From the NCBI GenBank assembly GCA_040285855.1, contig JAUFOQ010000016.1, positions 1,426,001 through 1,490,000 of the forward strand: DNA of 64,000 nucleotides, in the 5' to 3' direction. The notes beneath the pieces are model-generated. The model made no database searches and was not told the origin of the DNA. It saw only the letters and a list, made by a program, of their open reading frames with translations. The DNA is from Eukaryota sp. GEM-RC1 (Eukaryota). The position numbers and the translations under genes were made by a program. This document shows positions 59,296 through 64,000 of the stretch, piece by piece (positions within the stretch are counted from its first letter, which is position 1; every line of letters begins with the position of its first letter).

Positions 59296-60685
59296 CTACC
59301 CGAAAAATTCTTTTGGAAAAGAGGGTCCTATATCAAAAATCTTGACAGTCGAATCCAAAAACAAAGCAATCACTCTATAAACAGGCAAGTAATCATTACT
59401 AATCAAAGAAGCCGACATTCCAGAAAGAGGAAACCTATTCCCATCAGTAAAACTCCCTAAAGACAACTCAATCAAACCCTCAAAAATCATATCAAAATGA
59501 TTGGATTGATTCATACCAAATCTAATCACTGCTATCACAGTCGATGCTTGAGAAGCCACTAGTACAGTGTTCAAAAGAGGAAGTACAGTAACTAACGACA
59601 GTCTGTCCATTGCTTGATACTCAACAATCACAGACTCCCCTGGTATCACTCTGACGAGAGTTTTAACAGGAGATGAAGATACAGAAGGATTGAAGAGGTG
59701 AACGTCAGTTTGGGTGGTGAAGATTATTAAAAAATTAAAGTTATTTGATTGAAATGGATCTTCAGTTTCCGCTTCTGGAGTTTCTGAATCGTAATCAAAT
59801 GACGTCAACAGTGACTCATCAAGGTCAACTTCCGTCTCTTCCTCTCCTACATACTGAAGCAACTCTCTCAACTCGTGGCGAAGGTCAGGTCTGGAAGTTG
59901 TTCTTGATAGTTGTCGAAGGAAGCCGGTCAAAAACTGACGTTGACCAATCAAATGGGGATCACTTGGTCTGGGAGCAGGGGTAAAACTGTGCTCAGATAG
60001 AGTGAGCCCTAAAAAATCTGACATTTTTAAAAATTTAACATTCCAGCCCCATTGGTTTGAGGGTTTGGCAGAGAAAATCAAATCCTCATTGTCTATATCA
60101 AACACTCGAACAAATCCATCAATTGAAGCTGAAGCTAAGTACACGTCATCAAAGACATCAAGACAAGGAATATTATGCTGGTGGAAGTTGTTGAGAAACG
60201 AATGATGACCAGAAGTCAGATTAGTTACTTGTATAGATCTACTGTTGTTGGAGGAGAAGACTAAGGGTTTAGACTGAGTATAAGCAAATCCCCAAGCTGA
60301 TTCGGAGGTTTGTATCAGAATAGGCAGAGGGGAGTGGTGGTGAAGAGGAATTAGACAGATCTCTCCTTGGTCAAAAGCAGCACAGACAAACTCAATGTTA
60401 CGGATGGTTGCAAACGATAAAAAAGTTAACAGAATTTGGCAAGTTGTGGACGAAAGTAGGGGAGAAAGTTCGAGAGAGTGTTGGGAAAAGGTCTTCTAGA
60501 GTAAAGAAGTATAAAACGTCATTTGATGCCACAATAAGTTGATGGCATTGAGGAGAGATCACAACAAGATTTTGTTTGAACGGTTGTAGTTCAAGTGAAA
60601 GAGAAAACGTATGCATCAACGAATAAGAAAGACATGTCGACCTTTGTGGTAATTCATGTTGTAGGGAAGGAGCAACATGTGGCAT
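59296..60685 (-). CDS. CRT10-like WD40 protein (frameshift in the T-run near 60420)
   Basis: SAWGF, SSNNS, HQHNIPCL, LASASIDG, WGWNV and DRLS motifs. Confidence 0.6.
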
Positions 60686-60876
60686 TACTCATATCAGAGC
60701 AGAGAATTGAGAAACAGAGTGAAAATGATTGGTTGTAACTCGATCAGATTCATCACTAAGGACATTCATGCTTCTCAAAATGTGCAGAGTCACAGCGGTC
60801 TTTCTAGGCAGATCAAATGAGAACATTGTTCCAGCAATAATTAACATTAAAAGTCTGGTTTATTACGTATATACAA

Positions 60877-61314
60877 CTAAAAATCATTCCGTATCCGCAT
60901 CGCCAGAGCCATGTCCTTGGGCATAATAGTGACTCTTTTGCGTGAATTGCACATAGATTAGTATCCTCGAATACACCAACTAGATATGCTTCAGCAGCTT
61001 CTTGGAGAGCGCCAATGGCAACGGCTTGAAACCGTAACTGGGGTGAATACATCAAACAGCAATCATACTTCATTACCAAACTCTTGGGCAATCTCACGAA
61101 CTAGACGTTGGAAGGGAAGCTTTCTTATCAGTAGTTCAGTACTCTTTTGGAACTTTCTGATTTCGCGGAGGGCAACAGTTCCTGGACGATAACGATGAGG
61201 CTTCTTAATACCACCAGTAGTTGGTGCAGCTTTACGAGCAGCCTTGTGAGCCAAGTGTTTTCTTGGTGTTTTTGTGGAGGTCGTCTTTCTTGAAGTTTGC
61301 TTGGTACGTGCCAT
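60877..61314 (-). CDS. H3: Histone H3 (divergent, intron 61038-61068, one apparent missing A near 60938)
   Basis: [62 protein letters not shown] and VTIMPKD. Confidence 0.93.
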
Positions 61315-63202
61315 GTGTAGAGAATAAGCAAAAAGAGAAAATGAATTTAGTAACAGATCTCCAGTTTCACGAAGTTTGAATTCAAAACTCATTATCTTAA
61401 TGGTAGTTTTTGCCACATGTTCTGTTTTGTTTCATAAAAGTTATGGTACTGTCATGTGAGCATACGATTTATCAGAAATCAACGTGCTCTAGAAAATTCT
61501 GTATGAGACAGAATCCGTGAAAAACAGGATTGATTGGACAATCAAAAAATTGTCGTGTCTCCACAAATTCCCGTTTCAGCACTCAAACCACCAATAACAT
61601 AAACTGCTTCTTTGATCTAGCTTAACTGGTCCATGTTTTCTTTCTGTTTCGTTGTTGTCATCCAGTAATCGCGTAATTTATCGGTTTACTTCGTCTCTTC
61701 TGACGTGTATGAGTTTCAATTCCGTATTCTACCCGTTTGAGTAGCTGAGATTGATCTCCGGTGTGTAAATCTTCTAGGTCGGACTGTATTCGTATCACCA
61801 GTCCCACAACACATATGATGTTCTTTCATGTGTTTTGAATGCTTCGCATCTTACATTGAACATCATCCCTTCCCTTCCAGACTTGTATTTAACTTCGTCT
61901 ATGTTATTCATATGTATAGATGCCATACAATCTTGTTTCTTCTGCATTTTCCTCCAATAAATCTGTACAAGAGTCTATGATTTATCAACTTAAAAGGATA
62001 TAGAGCAATAATTCGAATCAGTCAATCTATCAAGTAACATCCAGTCAAAGAGTGATACCAGGAACTTGCGGAAAATAGTTTCAGGAGGATCCTACAACAG
62101 TAATGAAGGATATGCCTCAACAACTTTCAGCCAGACTATTGTAGAGAGTATCAAGCAAAGCATAAGTCTTTTCATCAAGTCCATTCTGTTCATTGTCCAT
62201 GAACAATGAGATTGCCTCTTGAACCTCCTTGGTAGAGATAGGAGTTTCAGAAACGATGGTTTCAATCATTGAATAAAGAAGATTGTGTTATGGCTTCTCC
62301 AAGTGTTTACATGTAAGCATTCCTAACACTCATGTTTTGATATTGCAAACATGTGTTCTGTACAGATCTTTTATTGAAATAGTCATAAATCTCACTTATT
62401 TCTCGTGATCGAATACACAACAACAACCATAGAAGAGAACACACAACAGTGCTAGACAAAGAGAATGGCCCACATTGACAAAAACAGTCGCCAATGCTGT
62501 ACGCTTTCCTGACGCACGACATCTCAGAGCTGTGATCTTCCTCTAGTCCAGAGCTATGGGTGATGACTGCTCCATCAATCTGGCCTCGTCCATACCCCAC
62601 AATCATCACACTGACCGACACGCTTTCCAGCTCACTAGTCAATGTGGCTCCGTCTAGTGGAAGACAGCTCATCGTCGATAACTGACACGTCATTCCAACA
62701 TACATACAAAGGCTCCCGCAAAGAGTGTCCATTACAGACAACTTTATTGGATCCGTGAGCGGCATTTCTGATGAAAATGAAAAGGCCATTTCTGCGTGTC
62801 AGATTTCGGGTTTTTCTATTGTAAATCCTCCAGAACGATGACTTGTGGACAGTTTTTTAGTGTATAAGTGTACTTCGACTATGTGCATGTGTTCGTTGTA
62901 TTGGAAAACGTAAATGTTGTTTGCTTGGTTAGATAGAGATTTTGACCATTCGACCAGCTTTTCACTAAATGTGTGGTTCTTCGGATGCTATGACAAATTC
63001 AATATCCAAAATGTACACATTTCTCATTAACCGGTAGGATCTAGAAGTTGTCCAAAGAACAGTTCATGTTGCAATCAATTCCCTCAAATGACTGGACAAC
63101 AAATCTAGGAACACATAAACACACTTTTTCTTTTAAGTACTAGTAAGTCGTAGGTATTTCGGTACTTTTGGTTTAAAAATCCAATTTAGAAAAAGTTTAT
63201 AG

Positions 63203-64000
63203 ATGAAGAGGACAAAAAGCTTGGATTTTAAAAATCGTATTAGCTTGGCTAAAATTGATCGTCCCGCTTTTTGTGCTTTCTTGATGGATGTTTCTAGTGA
63301 TTCGGCTTCAGCACTGTTTTCTCGTCATTTTCAGCAATTTTGTTTCAATCTAAAAAATCATGAATGGCTGGTAAACATGCGACTAAGATTGGGCTCCATT
63401 GGTATATTACAAAAGTGTTATCGCATTTGTTCAAAATCTGTGAATGCCACGCTCAATCATCTTGTTAAATTGTAGCAAATTTATTTCATATGAGATCTCT
63501 AATCCACAAGTGTTCGTGATCAGTGTTTATCTATGTTCAGATCTAATGGTTTCCACAGCAAAGTTGAACCTCTTTTATTTGCTTTTTCTGATTCTCTTAT
63601 TCGGAACAATAGTCGTGGTGAATTAATTGGACCTTAAAGAAAATCTCAAGCAATTGTACTGGACTTTACTACAGTTGATCCTTGTAATTCTACTTCTACC
63701 GAAAAGTACTTAATGATGAATTTCCGGTTATTCACCATGCTGAAGACAAGAAAGTTCTTCGATACAGGGATTGTTTTGAAAAGTTAAACTCTCAAAGACA
63801 CAATGCTTTTGTTTTTCAACCTTTTGCAATTTCTTTTATATTGAAATTTAGGTTCTGCGGCTAATACTAGTAACTTCTTTTTTCCTTTAAGGATTTGGGT
63901 AATGATTTCGGTAAAAAGTTCAACGGTGGCTTTTGGAGAGATCGTCTAGTGTTTGCTCTAGTTCGTTCAATGAACAATTACTTTGATGATATCTTCAAGA
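63203..64000 (+). mobile_element. Decayed RLE-type (CRE-like) non-LTR retrotransposon 3' region
   Basis: WLVNMRLRLG, C..C....HLVNC, DFTTVDPCNS, AEDKKVLRY, FVFQPFAIS, LGSAA and WRDRLVFAL appear in order, broken by indels. Confidence 0.65.

Noticed and set aside
12820..60940. Pervasive frameshifts as programmed frameshifting or insertional RNA editing
   Set aside because: Most are one base missing from a homopolymer (for example AAAAG for AAAAAG in RPL10, H3, FIS1 and pol) and they hit essential genes. That is the signature of unpolished long-read assembly. Short-read DNA versus RNA comparison would settle it.
61450..62900. Gene in ORF 62307-62789 and neighbouring sequence
   Set aside because: No recognisable motif and many stops; may be a decayed gene, but no call can be supported.
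1..64000. Alternative genetic code with TAA/TAG read as Gln
   Set aside because: RPL10 and SEC61G end in TAA, and MCTS1 and RPN1 end in TAG, at their expected C-termini; long conserved ORFs have no internal TAR.

Overview
Compact, AT-rich eukaryotic nuclear DNA. BBS4 and FOR20 point to a flagellate, the hybrid cluster protein points to an anaerobe, and the tiny introns with fused branch points suggest a metamonad-type protist (inference). It holds about 35 protein-coding genes, many with 26-31 nt GT-AG introns whose branch-point A is always 7 nt from the 3' end. Many genes also have single-base homopolymer frameshifts that look like long-read assembly errors. The centre (20.4-34.2 kb) is a transposon cluster: several hAT-type MITEs with 8-bp TSDs (three nested), a deleted MULE with a 9-bp TSD and a TA-flanked MITE. 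It also holds the most unusual element in the window, a recently inserted chromodomain-bearing Ty3/gypsy retrotransposon. Its identical LTRs are only 76 bp, the polyprotein start codon lies inside the 5' LTR, the stop codon abuts the 3' LTR, and a 14-bp palindrome sits where a tRNA primer-binding site should be. Also present: an inverted duplication of the proteasome RPN1 gene, an intron-containing bacterial-type HCP, a FIS1-like gene, a divergent histone H3, a motif-degenerate NAD kinase, a 42-bp perfect palindrome with a 4-bp TSD, and at least six decayed 3' ends of RLE-type non-LTR retrotransposons. All calls come from reading motifs by eye; no database searches were run.
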